Positions 1-7,962 of a DNA stretch of 64,000 nucleotides are shown here, piece by piece. Made by a program: the position numbers and the translations under genes. Under the pieces are notes generated by a model. The model saw only the letters and a list, made by a program, of their open reading frames with translations, made no database searches and had not been told where the DNA came from. The stretch lies in contig CBFGLW010000002.1 in the NCBI GenBank assembly GCA_965649745.1, forward strand, positions 31,580 through 95,579. Reading direction: 5' to 3'. The DNA comes from an uncultured Mesorhizobium sp. (lineage in GTDB: Bacteria; Pseudomonadota; Alphaproteobacteria; Rhizobiales; Rhizobiaceae). Position 1 is the first letter of the stretch; every line of letters begins with the position of its first letter.

Positions 1-383
1 GCGCCGAGCGCGACGTTGCTGTCTATCTCGACGGGGAGAAGGCGCTGGTCTGGTGGCACCGGAACGTGGCGCGTGCTCAGTATGGGTTGCAGGGTTGGCG
101 GCGGGCCAGAATCTACCCGGACTTCATCTTTGCTGTAAAACAATCCGACAAGACGGCCCGGATCACCGTGCTCGAAACCAAGGGCGACCAACTCGATAAC
201 CTCGATACGGCCTATAAGCGGGAAGTGCTCAAGGTGATGTCGGACAACTTTGCTTGGGACACGACGGTCCCCGCTGGGACGCTCGAACTGATTAAGTCCA
301 CAGGCGAAACAGTGGAATGCGCGCTGATCCTGATGAGCGACTGGCCGACCGAGTTGCCATCGCATTTGACTGTCGGCGCCTAG
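1..383 (+). CDS. 3' end of a larger gene cut by the window edge: helicase/restriction-type protein with a PD-(D/E)xK nuclease-like C-terminal tail
   Basis: The frame is open from nt 3 to TAG 381-383. The segment ...RIYPDFIFAV...ITVLETKGDQL... resembles a PD..(D/E)xK motif found at C-termini of type III res / DEAD-helicase-nuclease fusions. Recognition by eye only. Confidence 0.5.
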   Translation, partial: AERDVAVYLDGEKALVWWHRNVARAQYGLQGWRRARIYPDFIFAVKQSDKTARITVLETKGDQLDNLDTAYKREVLKVMSDNFAWDTTVPAGTLELIKSTGETVECALILMSDWPTELPSHLTVGA

Positions 384-891
384 CGGCGTTGATCGCCTCT
401 GAGGGCTGCGAGAGCAACATCAAGTATGTCACGCCGCGCGTGATGTTCAAGCTTTTCAAGCCTGTCGGCTGCTACGATTGTGAAGCGCTCCCCATGGGAG
501 CGTTCCAATTTCAACTGCGGCTTTGTTGTGAACAAAGTGGCAACATCTCTTGCAAACTGCTTCGCTCGTTCCCATTTCTATGCGGCCTCTGGAATTGGCC
601 AGTTGGCACGGTCGTTTGGACGGTCAACTGGAAACATGACTGCCGCGCAGGCCACGACGATTGTCATCGTCAGGCCGGCAAGGTCATTCCATGAGACTGT
701 GAACATAGTTCGCACTCCTACGGCTACACTATACCGCCATGCGTTTTAGAAACCCGCGTTGGGGGCAAGCCTGTTTGAGACAACGGGAAGAAGCCGACGG
801 ATAGAGGCGTGCGATTGGGGGGCGTTCGGCGTGAGCCGAGGTTCAGGGTTGGAGCCAGTCCCCCGATCACTGCAAAGATTTGGGGGAATAG
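384..891 (+). ncRNA. Hypothetical structured leader / RT-associated non-coding RNA upstream of the reverse transcriptase
   Basis: 508-nt gap with no convincing same-strand CDS. Local hairpins at 486-502 and 656-671. A C5 run (860-864) could pair with either G6 817-822 or G5 882-886, and the latter is the putative RT Shine-Dalgarno. Architecture is analogous to the ncRNA-upstream-of-RT layout of DRT2/DRT9. No transcript ends can be seen from sequence. Confidence 0.25.
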
Positions 892-2115
892 TTGGAACGC
901 GACTGGTTCAAGACACGAGGTTACCGCCACTTCGATGCGCCGGTTGGCCCGTCATATGCGGCCACTGTCTGCGACCCGAAGTTCGTTGCCAAGCATTCAT
1001 GGCTGCCGCTCATCCACTACGTCAAGCGTGTTAAACGCTATAAGAAAAAGGATGGCAAGACGGTCTATAAAGATCGTGACATCATGTTCGCGTCTCATCG
1101 AGACGCCTGTATTCTTGCGAAATATTCTTTTGATCTCGGCGGGATACTTGATCAGCACTATGAGAAGGCGGGCCTGAGCCGCCATGTCATCGCCTATCGG
1201 AAGCTGGGACGGGCAAACTATGACTTCTCTGCCGATGCCTTCCGCTTCGCCCAGAAGCATGAGCCGTGCGTCGTGCTGTGCTTCGATATCACCGGCTTCT
1301 TCGACAATCTGAATCACGCCATCCTCAAGAATCGGTTGAAGCATCTGCTTGGCGTCGATGAATTGTCGCCCGATTGGTACGCTGTGTTTCGTCACGTCAC
1401 CAAATTCAGCAAGGTGGAGCGTAAGGCACTTGAGGCGCATCCGGTGTTCTCGAAGCGGATCAAGGACGACACGCGTGAACCGCTTGCTACAATCGCTGAG
1501 CTTCGCAAAGCGGGCATTCCCGTAACCACCAACCCGAACAAGTTCGGCATCCCGCAGGGTACGCCAATTAGTAGCGCGTTTTCGAACCTCTACATGATGG
1601 AGGTCGACGCGGCGATGGCGAGCGCCTGTGCAAAGATAGGAGCTCTTTATCAGCGCTATTCCGATGATATCCTGATCATCTGCCCGCCAGACTTTGAAAA
1701 GCAAATCACCGACACACTTAAATCAGCCGTTACGGCCCACGATCTTGAGATCAAGGATGAGAAAACCGAGCGTGCCCTGTTCGGCCCCGGCAGCGATGAC
1801 ATTTTCCAGTACCTTGGATTCAATATGTCGAGTGCCGGAGCGATTATCCGTCCAACCTCACTGGCAAGACAATGGCGGAAGGCAAGGCGGGCCATCAAGA
1901 CCACGAAGCGTATTGGTGAAGAGGCCATAGCCGCTGGCCGGGCAGACAAGATTTATACCAAGCGGCTTCGGAAGCGCTTTGCTCCCGTTGGTGCGCGCAA
2001 CTTCTCCAAGTATGCCCGGCGAGCGGCCGACGCATTCGGATCGAAACGGATCGTGCGACAGGTGACGAGGCTAGAACGAATGGTTGATGAGGCCATTCGC
2101 GAAATGGATAAGTAG
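892..2115 (+). CDS. Stand-alone reverse transcriptase, UG/Abi (defence-associated, DRT-like) class, 407 aa
   Basis: RT motifs: FDITGFFDNLNH (motifs 1-2), GIPQGTPISSAFSNLYM (motif 4), YQRYSDDILIICP (YxDD, motif 5) and FQYLGFN (motif 7). The N-terminal GYRHFD and RDIMFASHRDACILAKY are typical of Abi/UG RTs. There is no retron VTG, no group II maturase/En domain and no fused effector domain. The only possible start is TTG 892, directly after an in-frame TAG. Confidence 0.88.
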   Translation: MERDWFKTRGYRHFDAPVGPSYAATVCDPKFVAKHSWLPLIHYVKRVKRYKKKDGKTVYKDRDIMFASHRDACILAKYSFDLGGILDQHYEKAGLSRHVIAYRKLGRANYDFSADAFRFAQKHEPCVVLCFDITGFFDNLNHAILKNRLKHLLGVDELSPDWYAVFRHVTKFSKVERKALEAHPVFSKRIKDDTREPLATIAELRKAGIPVTTNPNKFGIPQGTPISSAFSNLYMMEVDAAMASACAKIGALYQRYSDDILIICPPDFEKQITDTLKSAVTAHDLEIKDEKTERALFGPGSDDIFQYLGFNMSSAGAIIRPTSLARQWRKARRAIKTTKRIGEEAIAAGRADKIYTKRLRKRFAPVGARNFSKYARRAADAFGSKRIVRQVTRLERMVDEAIREMDK

Positions 2116-2325
2116 ACTGGCCTTAATTCCCTCCGCCTCCACCCATCAGGGCCGGGCTAAACTGAAACTGATGACTCTCATTGTCGTCCGCTCGCGCGTG
2201 TGCAGGTGCTGGACAGCGTTTCATTGTGCTGGATCAGGCTGGCGGATGCTAGATAAGTATCTGATATTGCTTGCTTTTTTAAGATGATTTGGTTAGTTTG
2301 AGTTGAGGCCAACAGGAGGTCTCAA

Positions 2326-3492
2326 ATGCCTAACCTACGTCTTACCCGCCGCGCGATTGACGATATTCCGTTCGCTGCCAGCGGCCAGATCCTTTACCGC
2401 GATACGCTGCTTTCCGGTTTCGGCCTTCGGGTCGGAAGCCGCTCCAAGGTCTACTTCGCCGAGGGGCAGGTGAACCGTGACACCCGCCGCGTCACCATTG
2501 GTCGCGCGGACCTGTTTGCGCCGGAGGTGGCCCGCAAGAAGGCGCTGGCGCTGCTAGGCGAAATGGCCGAGGGCCGCAACCCCAACGAAGAAAAGCGCAA
2601 GGAGACGGTGGAACGCGTCACGCTGGCCGTGGCCTTCGAACGCTTCTTCGAGGCACGCAATAAGCTGTCACCGCACACTGTCACCAATTACGGGCGCACC
2701 GCCAAGCTCTACCTTAAGGCATGGCGCAAGAAGCCCATGAACCAAATCACCCGGCAAATGGTTCTGGCCAAGCATCAGGAGATTGCCAAGGCGCATGGCG
2801 AGGTGACGGCCAACAATGCGATGCGTCATCTGCGCTCGGTCTACAATTTCATTGCGGCCACGCAGGACGACTTCCCGCCGAACCCGGTGCTGATCCTTTC
2901 GCAGGCTCGCGCATGGTATCGCGAGCGGCGTCGGCAGACCTTAGTGACGGCGCTGGACCTGCCCATGTGGTGGAAAGCCGTCATGGCCGAACCGGACTAT
3001 TCCCGCGACTTTCTGCTGGCGGCACTGTTCACCGGGATGCGCCGGGGCGAGTTGATGAAGTTGCGCTGGGACAATGTGGACCTGCAAGCGCGGACCTTAC
3101 ACCTGCCTACCACCAAGAACGGCGATCCGCTGAATCTGCCGCTGTCGGCGTTCCTCGCGGACCTGCTGACCAAGCGCAAGGAGCAGTCAGAAGGCTCGCC
3201 TTGGGTGTTTCCCGGCCCCGGCAAGAATGGGCATCTGGTGGAGACCAAGAAATTCCTGCTCCGCGTCACCACAGGGTCGGGCGTCAGCTTCACCCTGCAC
3301 GATCTGCGCCGCACCTTTATCACCATCGCCGAAAGCCTCGACGTTCCCTACTACGCGCTCAAACGCCTGCTGAACCATCGCGCCAATGGCGACGTCACGG
3401 GCGGTTACATCGTCGTTAATGCCGAGCGACTGCGCGCTCCGGTGGAACTGGTTGCGGCACGGATATTGGAGTTGGCCAATGTCAGTCAGTGA
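2326..3492 (+). CDS. int: Tyrosine recombinase/integrase, P4-like with N-terminal Arm (DUF4102-type) DNA-binding domain
   Basis: N-terminus LTRRAIDDIPFAASGQILYRDTLLSGFGLRVGSRSKVYF. Catalytic signature: FTGMRRGEL (Arg), HDLRRTF (His-x-x-Arg), LLNHR...GGY (His, Tyr). SD CAGGAGG lies 6 nt before the ATG. Confidence 0.9.
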   Translation: MPNLRLTRRAIDDIPFAASGQILYRDTLLSGFGLRVGSRSKVYFAEGQVNRDTRRVTIGRADLFAPEVARKKALALLGEMAEGRNPNEEKRKETVERVTLAVAFERFFEARNKLSPHTVTNYGRTAKLYLKAWRKKPMNQITRQMVLAKHQEIAKAHGEVTANNAMRHLRSVYNFIAATQDDFPPNPVLILSQARAWYRERRRQTLVTALDLPMWWKAVMAEPDYSRDFLLAALFTGMRRGELMKLRWDNVDLQARTLHLPTTKNGDPLNLPLSAFLADLLTKRKEQSEGSPWVFPGPGKNGHLVETKKFLLRVTTGSGVSFTLHDLRRTFITIAESLDVPYYALKRLLNHRANGDVTGGYIVVNAERLRAPVELVAARILELANVSQ

Positions 3493-3985
3493 CTCCACCT
3501 ACCGAACAACTTTCGGCGAGGGATCAAGCGTGCTGGAACAGGTCCTCCTCGCCATCATCAACGCCCATACCGATGCCGAGACCGAGGGGCGTCAGTGGGA
3601 ACGACTGAACGCCGCGATGTCAGCATTGGTCGGGCCAGCGACTGCTCAAGAACGAAATCTGGAAAAGGCGCTGCTATTCATCGTACGCGAACGACAAAGG
3701 GAAGAATGTGATGTTGATATGCATGCTATTTCCTCGGGGCCAAGCGCCTCACGCCTAGCTACACGCTCTGTCCCCGAACTCGCTAGGCTTGCGGCAAAAG
3801 AGATTTTAGGCTGCGCGACGCCAGCCGAGAGGGTGCCTGCCGTCCATGCGCTCTGTACGATGTATCAATACCGGTTCGGAATCCATGCGCGGGAATACGA
3901 TGAGGCCCACGAAGCCCTTCAAGCTGAAGCGGTAAAGCACCTTTGCGACGAACTGGCAGAATGGGGCGTGCCGACCAAGGTCTAA
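3479..3985 (+). CDS. Hypothetical protein (168 aa), start overlaps the int stop by 14 nt
   Basis: ATG 3479 (MSVSDSTYR...) lies inside the last codons of int, suggesting translational coupling. No recognisable motifs. Confidence 0.5.
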   Translation: MSVSDSTYRTTFGEGSSVLEQVLLAIINAHTDAETEGRQWERLNAAMSALVGPATAQERNLEKALLFIVRERQREECDVDMHAISSGPSASRLATRSVPELARLAAKEILGCATPAERVPAVHALCTMYQYRFGIHAREYDEAHEALQAEAVKHLCDELAEWGVPTKV

Positions 3986-4275
3986 CTGAGGAAATTGCGC
4001 GGTTATGAATCAATCACTTAGCGCCTTTCTACTGGACCCATGTTTTATGTTGGCTGCGCTGGCTTGAAGCAACGACGTTCCTCTGACATCATGAACCTAG
4101 ATGCACTGACAAGCGTCTGCCGGATAGTCCGGTTACGGTGGGTGACCTATAGTATGGCCCCCATATAGCGGGTGAGACTCCCGGCCGAGGTCAAGAACGA
4201 TGACCGATGAAGTGAGAGCGGAGGCCTGCACCTCCCCTCCGCGCCTTGGCGAGGCGCTACTCAGAGGTCACCACA

Positions 4276-4560
4276 ATGCATGTGGAAACAGCATCGCGCG
4301 CCCGCTTTCGAGGCGCAAGTACTCCTGCCGAAATCTGCCAACCAGCTAACCCGGAAAAGCTCCTAACCACGGGACAGGTGGCGACCCTCACGGGGTTGAG
4401 TCAATCATACTTCGAAAAGGGCCGCATCTACGGCTATGGCCCCAGCTTTATCCGCTTTCGCCCTGAGTCACGAAGCGGCGCGGTTCGCTACCGCCTCAGC
4501 GCCGTTATCCACTGGCTCGAAGCATGCCAATGTAACCCGGAGGAGATGCGTCATGGCTGA
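4276..4560 (+). CDS. AlpA/excisionase-like helix-turn-helix DNA-binding protein
   Basis: LLTTGQVATLTGLSQSYFEKGRIYGYGPSFIRF...VRYRLSAVIHWLE matches the AlpA/MerR-like phage HTH pattern. SD AGAGG precedes ATG 4276; the alternative TTG 4246 is less likely. The stop overlaps the primase start (ATGGCTGA). Confidence 0.65.
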   Translation: MHVETASRARFRGASTPAEICQPANPEKLLTTGQVATLTGLSQSYFEKGRIYGYGPSFIRFRPESRSGAVRYRLSAVIHWLEACQCNPEEMRHG

Positions 4561-6847
4561 CCTTCTCCAACCCGATGCTCGGCAGGCGATCGCGTTCCTG
4601 CTCTGGCTGAATCCACAAGCGCCGCTTTACCTCGAAGCGCATGAAAGCGCCGGTGGTGCAAAGCCCAAGCCGAAAGAGTGCCCGGCTCATTCCGCCGACG
4701 CCGTCGCGCAACGTTTCGTCGCCGCCAACAATGGCGACGAGTTGCGGCGTAATCTATACTTCGTGCCCAATGCCGAACTGATGTCGGGCGGACGCGCAAA
4801 GGCTAATGTCTCGGCCTCGCGCTTCCTCTGGGTCGATCTGGACTGCAAGGACTATCCGGGCAGCGAGTCGGAGCAGAGCGACCGAATTCTTGGCTTACTA
4901 AGCGAAGACAAGCTGCGCCCGGCAGGCGTTCCGAAACCAACCGCCTTCTGGTTCACTGGCGGCGGTTATCAGGCGATCTGGCGCATGACCGAACCGGTGT
5001 CCGTCGAGGATGCCGAAGCCTACAATCGGGCATTGCTCGTGGCATTCCAGGGCGGATCCGGCACCTTCGACGCTGGGCGACTCTTGAGGCTGCCCGGAAC
5101 CGTCAACTGGTTGAACGACAGAAAGCGCGCGGCAGGCCGTGAGCCTGCCAAGGCTTTGCTTCTCGAGCCCGTCCCGCTCAGCGCCGCACCGAGGAACTAC
5201 ACGCTTGCCGATTTCAGGTTGCGTTTCGACAAGCCCGACTCATCTAGGGCCGATAGTAAGCCGATTATCAATCTTGACGACATCGAGGCGCTGCCTCTGC
5301 CAGATGACCGAGGCGAGGTGATACCCCTCGACCCAATTTGGTCTGAGGTCATCGTCTCGGGCAAGAACCCGCCCGACAAAAACTACCAGTCTCGCTCGGA
5401 ACTGGTCTTTGCCGCTACCCTCTGGCTGCTCGGAAACGATGTCGCGCCCGGTCATATTGTGTCGATCTTGACCAGCCCCGATCTCGGCATCAGTGCCCAT
5501 GTAAGGGAAAATCCAAACCCACAACGATATGCGCGGCGGCAAGTGGCGCGGGCGATGGAAACCATCGACCTACGAGGACGAGGATGGCCGAAGCTTGACC
5601 AGTATGGGCGTCCGGCGGCGAATGCGCCTGAGAATGTGCGGTTCGCTCTCGCCATGCTCGATGTCGATGCGCGGCGCAACATGTTCACCCACACCGACGA
5701 GGTGACTGGGCTGGGCCTAGAAGGCCGAGACATCTCCGACATCTGCGAAATCCTATGCAGCATTTTTGACCGCAGATTGGATTTCCGCGCCAGCGTAACC
5801 GCCATTCGACGCGAACTGATCACTGTCGCCTATGAGCGTGCTTACCATCCAGTCATCGACTATCTGGACGGTCTGGTATGGGACGGTGTTCCGCGTCTTG
5901 ACACATGGCTCAGGGACTACTGCGAAGCGGAGGACACCGAGCTCAATCGGGAATTCGGCGTGCGGTTCCTGGTTGGCGGCGTGAGACGGATCAAGCAGCC
6001 CGGCGTCAAGTTCGACACGATGCTGGTTCTGGAAGGCCGTCAGGGGGTCGGCAAATCGCGTCTGGCGGCACGACTTGCAGTTCGCGACGAATGGTTCTGC
6101 GGCAACCTGAACCTAAATGCGGACGCCAAGACCAAGGCCGAGCTTGTGTCCCGCGCGTGGATTGTCGAATGCCAGGAACTCGACGGCGCTCGCAAGGCGA
6201 CCTTAGATGCGATAAAGGCATTCCTCGCCACCCCTATAGACACCTATCGGCCTGCCTATGCCCACACTGCTGGTTCTTTCCCCCGGCATTGCGTGATCAT
6301 CGGCACGACGAACGAGGATGCCTATCTGCGCGATGCGACGGGAAACCGACGATATTGGCCGGTCAGGGTCGGCAGCATCGACATTGAAGCTTTCGGCCGC
6401 GACGTGCATCAGCTATGGGCCGAGGCGGTGGTGCGGGAGCAAGCCGGCGAACCGATAACCCTGCCTCGGCATCTATGGCAGGTTGCCGACGAGCTTCAGG
6501 CCAGCCGCATGATCGAGGACCCCATAGGCATCGTGCTGGAAGGCGCGTTCGGCGAGCGCACGGGGCGGGTATCTATGGAGAGCGTCAAGCTGCTTCTCGG
6601 CTACGAGGCCGGGCGCATGTCGGCCAGCGAATTCCAACGCATCACAGGCGCAATGACGGCGCTGGGATGGGGATATGGAACCCACAGGCTGCACGATCTC
6701 GGTCGTACAGGGCGAAGCGCCCGCAAGGGCTTTGCGCGCGGCAATGCCGACGAGCAGAGGACCGAATGGGTCGCGAAGCGCGTCGAAGGGGGCATCCCCA
6801 TTCTTCAGGCCGTAAGCGAACATACCGACGAAAGCGGCCCGTTTTGA
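4553..6847 (+). CDS. Primase/replication protein: N-terminal RepB'-like/AEP-type primase region plus C-terminal VirE-family P-loop NTPase
   Basis: SRFLWVDLDCKDYP (hhhDhD primase-type motif). The VirE-like block is VPRLDTWLRDYC...LVLEGRQGVGKSRL (Walker A)...CVIIGTTNEDAYLRDATGNRRYWPV. SD GGAGGAG lies 7 nt upstream of ATG 4553. Confidence 0.8.
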   Translation: MADLLQPDARQAIAFLLWLNPQAPLYLEAHESAGGAKPKPKECPAHSADAVAQRFVAANNGDELRRNLYFVPNAELMSGGRAKANVSASRFLWVDLDCKDYPGSESEQSDRILGLLSEDKLRPAGVPKPTAFWFTGGGYQAIWRMTEPVSVEDAEAYNRALLVAFQGGSGTFDAGRLLRLPGTVNWLNDRKRAAGREPAKALLLEPVPLSAAPRNYTLADFRLRFDKPDSSRADSKPIINLDDIEALPLPDDRGEVIPLDPIWSEVIVSGKNPPDKNYQSRSELVFAATLWLLGNDVAPGHIVSILTSPDLGISAHVRENPNPQRYARRQVARAMETIDLRGRGWPKLDQYGRPAANAPENVRFALAMLDVDARRNMFTHTDEVTGLGLEGRDISDICEILCSIFDRRLDFRASVTAIRRELITVAYERAYHPVIDYLDGLVWDGVPRLDTWLRDYCEAEDTELNREFGVRFLVGGVRRIKQPGVKFDTMLVLEGRQGVGKSRLAARLAVRDEWFCGNLNLNADAKTKAELVSRAWIVECQELDGARKATLDAIKAFLATPIDTYRPAYAHTAGSFPRHCVIIGTTNEDAYLRDATGNRRYWPVRVGSIDIEAFGRDVHQLWAEAVVREQAGEPITLPRHLWQVADELQASRMIEDPIGIVLEGAFGERTGRVSMESVKLLLGYEAGRMSASEFQRITGAMTALGWGYGTHRLHDLGRTGRSARKGFARGNADEQRTEWVAKRVEGGIPILQAVSEHTDESGPF

Positions 6848-6903
6848 CCGCACCGCGTTACCTGCACCGTGTAACCTAACAAGCCGCAAACCATTACCGG
6901 TTG

Positions 6904-6947
6904 GGCAGGGGGAGTTGAATACTCCCCCTGCCTCTTTTGTGTGTTTT
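6904..6947 (+). terminator. Rho-independent terminator after the primase gene
   Basis: GGCAGGGGGAGT-TGAAT-ACTCCCCCTGCC followed by TCTTTTGTGTGTTTT. Confidence 0.8.
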
Positions 6948-7112
6948 GAGCCTTAAGTTACAGGCATAGGTAACGGCATTGCAGCCGTGTGGCGACGGGG
7001 TTACTCCGACGCCTTCAGACGGCCCCTCAGAGCGCCGCTGGCGCGGGTTTGGGCGTATTTGGGGTAAAGGCCGCAGCCACGTCCGGCGGCCCTCTGATGG
7101 CCTTCGACGCCG

Positions 7113-7439
7113 CTACCCCGCAAACGCCTTCAGCATCTTTGCGGCACGGTCAAGCTGATCTTCGTTCAGCCGGGAGAGGGTGCGGTGAATATCGGTTAGA
7201 AGCCTTGCCCGTTCTCCGGTGCCCGGCATAGCGTCGGCGCCGAACAGAACGGGTGCGGGAATGTCGAGTGCGGACGCAATCTTCTCTGCCGTCTCAAACA
7301 GTGGTGCGGCGACACCCCGCTCGATCTTACCGATTGTCTCGCGCGAAATGCCCGTCTGACCGGAAAGCTGTTCAAGGGTCCAGCCTTTAGCCTTCCGGTG
7401 ATGGCGCACATTCGCGCCGAAAAGACGTTGAAGCTCCAT
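7113..7439 (-). CDS. XRE-family helix-turn-helix transcriptional regulator (cI-like repressor)
   Basis: MELQRLFGANVRHHRKAKGWTLEQLSGQTGISRETIGKIERG is a classic XRE HTH. The start is taken at ATG 7439, not the upstream in-frame ATG 7481 (MSSPL...) at the head of the track ORF. Confidence 0.85.
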   Translation of the reverse strand: MELQRLFGANVRHHRKAKGWTLEQLSGQTGISRETIGKIERGVAAPLFETAEKIASALDIPAPVLFGADAMPGTGERARLLTDIHRTLSRLNEDQLDRAAKMLKAFAG

Positions 7440-7484
7440 ATGCGCACCTCTTTCCAACAGAGGCGGCAAAGGGCTGCTCAAATC

Positions 7485-7520
7485 GAGAAATGAGAACTTT
7501 TCATTCTCAAAATTGAGAAC
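7485..7520. promoter_or_regulatory. Candidate operator array in the divergent XRE / membrane-protein promoter region
   Basis: The half-site TGAGAAC occurs at 7491-7497 and 7514-7520. The inverted copy TTCTCA is at 7504-7509, giving TGAGAA-N7-TTCTCA. The surrounding region is AT-rich. Confidence 0.45.
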
Positions 7521-7962
7521 TATAACATCTCATTCATGGAAGTCAGATGCTGTGGTTCTGCTCGTGATGGTAGTTAATCTGCTCCTTGCTGCTTTACACT
7601 GGCTCTTGCTGATCTTCTTCGGCGGTCAGGCAATTGTCTTCGTCGGCCTCATGCTGTGGACGATCTGGACCGACGCGATAAAGCCAAGGCTGATCCCCGC
7701 CGACGACATCGCCCGCGTGGCTGACCACATCATCGCTAGTTACCCCGACCCTGAACTTGAGGCTTTCGCCCGCCATGAGCGCGCGTGGTACGACAGCGAC
7801 GGCGCGGAGCAGACCTATTGGTATCGGGTGCGGAAGGCCGTCAGGCGGCGGCTGAAGGCCGCTGAGCCGCGTCAATCGAAGTCAAACAGCGGGCCGGTGC
7901 CCGTCGCACGGCCGCGCGACTTACGCTCGCGATCTTCCAGCACCTCGCGCCACATCTCATAG
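7513..7962 (+). CDS. Small membrane protein (2 predicted TM helices), start uncertain (TTG 7513, GTG 7552 or ATG 7567)
   Basis: Hydrophobic segments AVVLLVMVVNLLLAALHWLLLIFF and QAIVFVGLMLWTIW are followed by a charged soluble tail. The last ~30 codons are antisense to the 3' end of the 7872-8615 gene. Confidence 0.5.
   Translation: MRTITSHSWKSDAVVLLVMVVNLLLAALHWLLLIFFGGQAIVFVGLMLWTIWTDAIKPRLIPADDIARVADHIIASYPDPELEAFARHERAWYDSDGAEQTYWYRVRKAVRRRLKAAEPRQSKSNSGPVPVARPRDLRSRSSSTSRHIS

Noticed and set aside
317-1177. Plus-strand ORFs 317-694, 480-749, 759-1034 and 809-1177 in and around the RT leader
   Set aside because: They are mutually overlapping, lack plausible SD/start contexts, and are Cys/Arg-rich. 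Two of them run into the upstream gene's end or into the RT gene. The region is treated as non-coding (a candidate RNA) rather than protein-coding.
2116-2325. Search for a copy of the tRNA-Thr 3' end (…GACTCGAACACGCGACC…) as attL/attR near the integrase gene
   Set aside because: No such copy is visible here or elsewhere in the window. Only a 9-bp repeat was found (reported as uncertain in the findings). Canonical att boundaries therefore cannot be claimed.
6415-6889. ORFs 6415-6879 (+), 6473-6889 (-) and 6601-6801 (-) at the primase 3' end
   Set aside because: They are nested in alternative frames or on the other strand of the VirE-type primase gene, are Arg/Gly-rich, and have no independent start signals.
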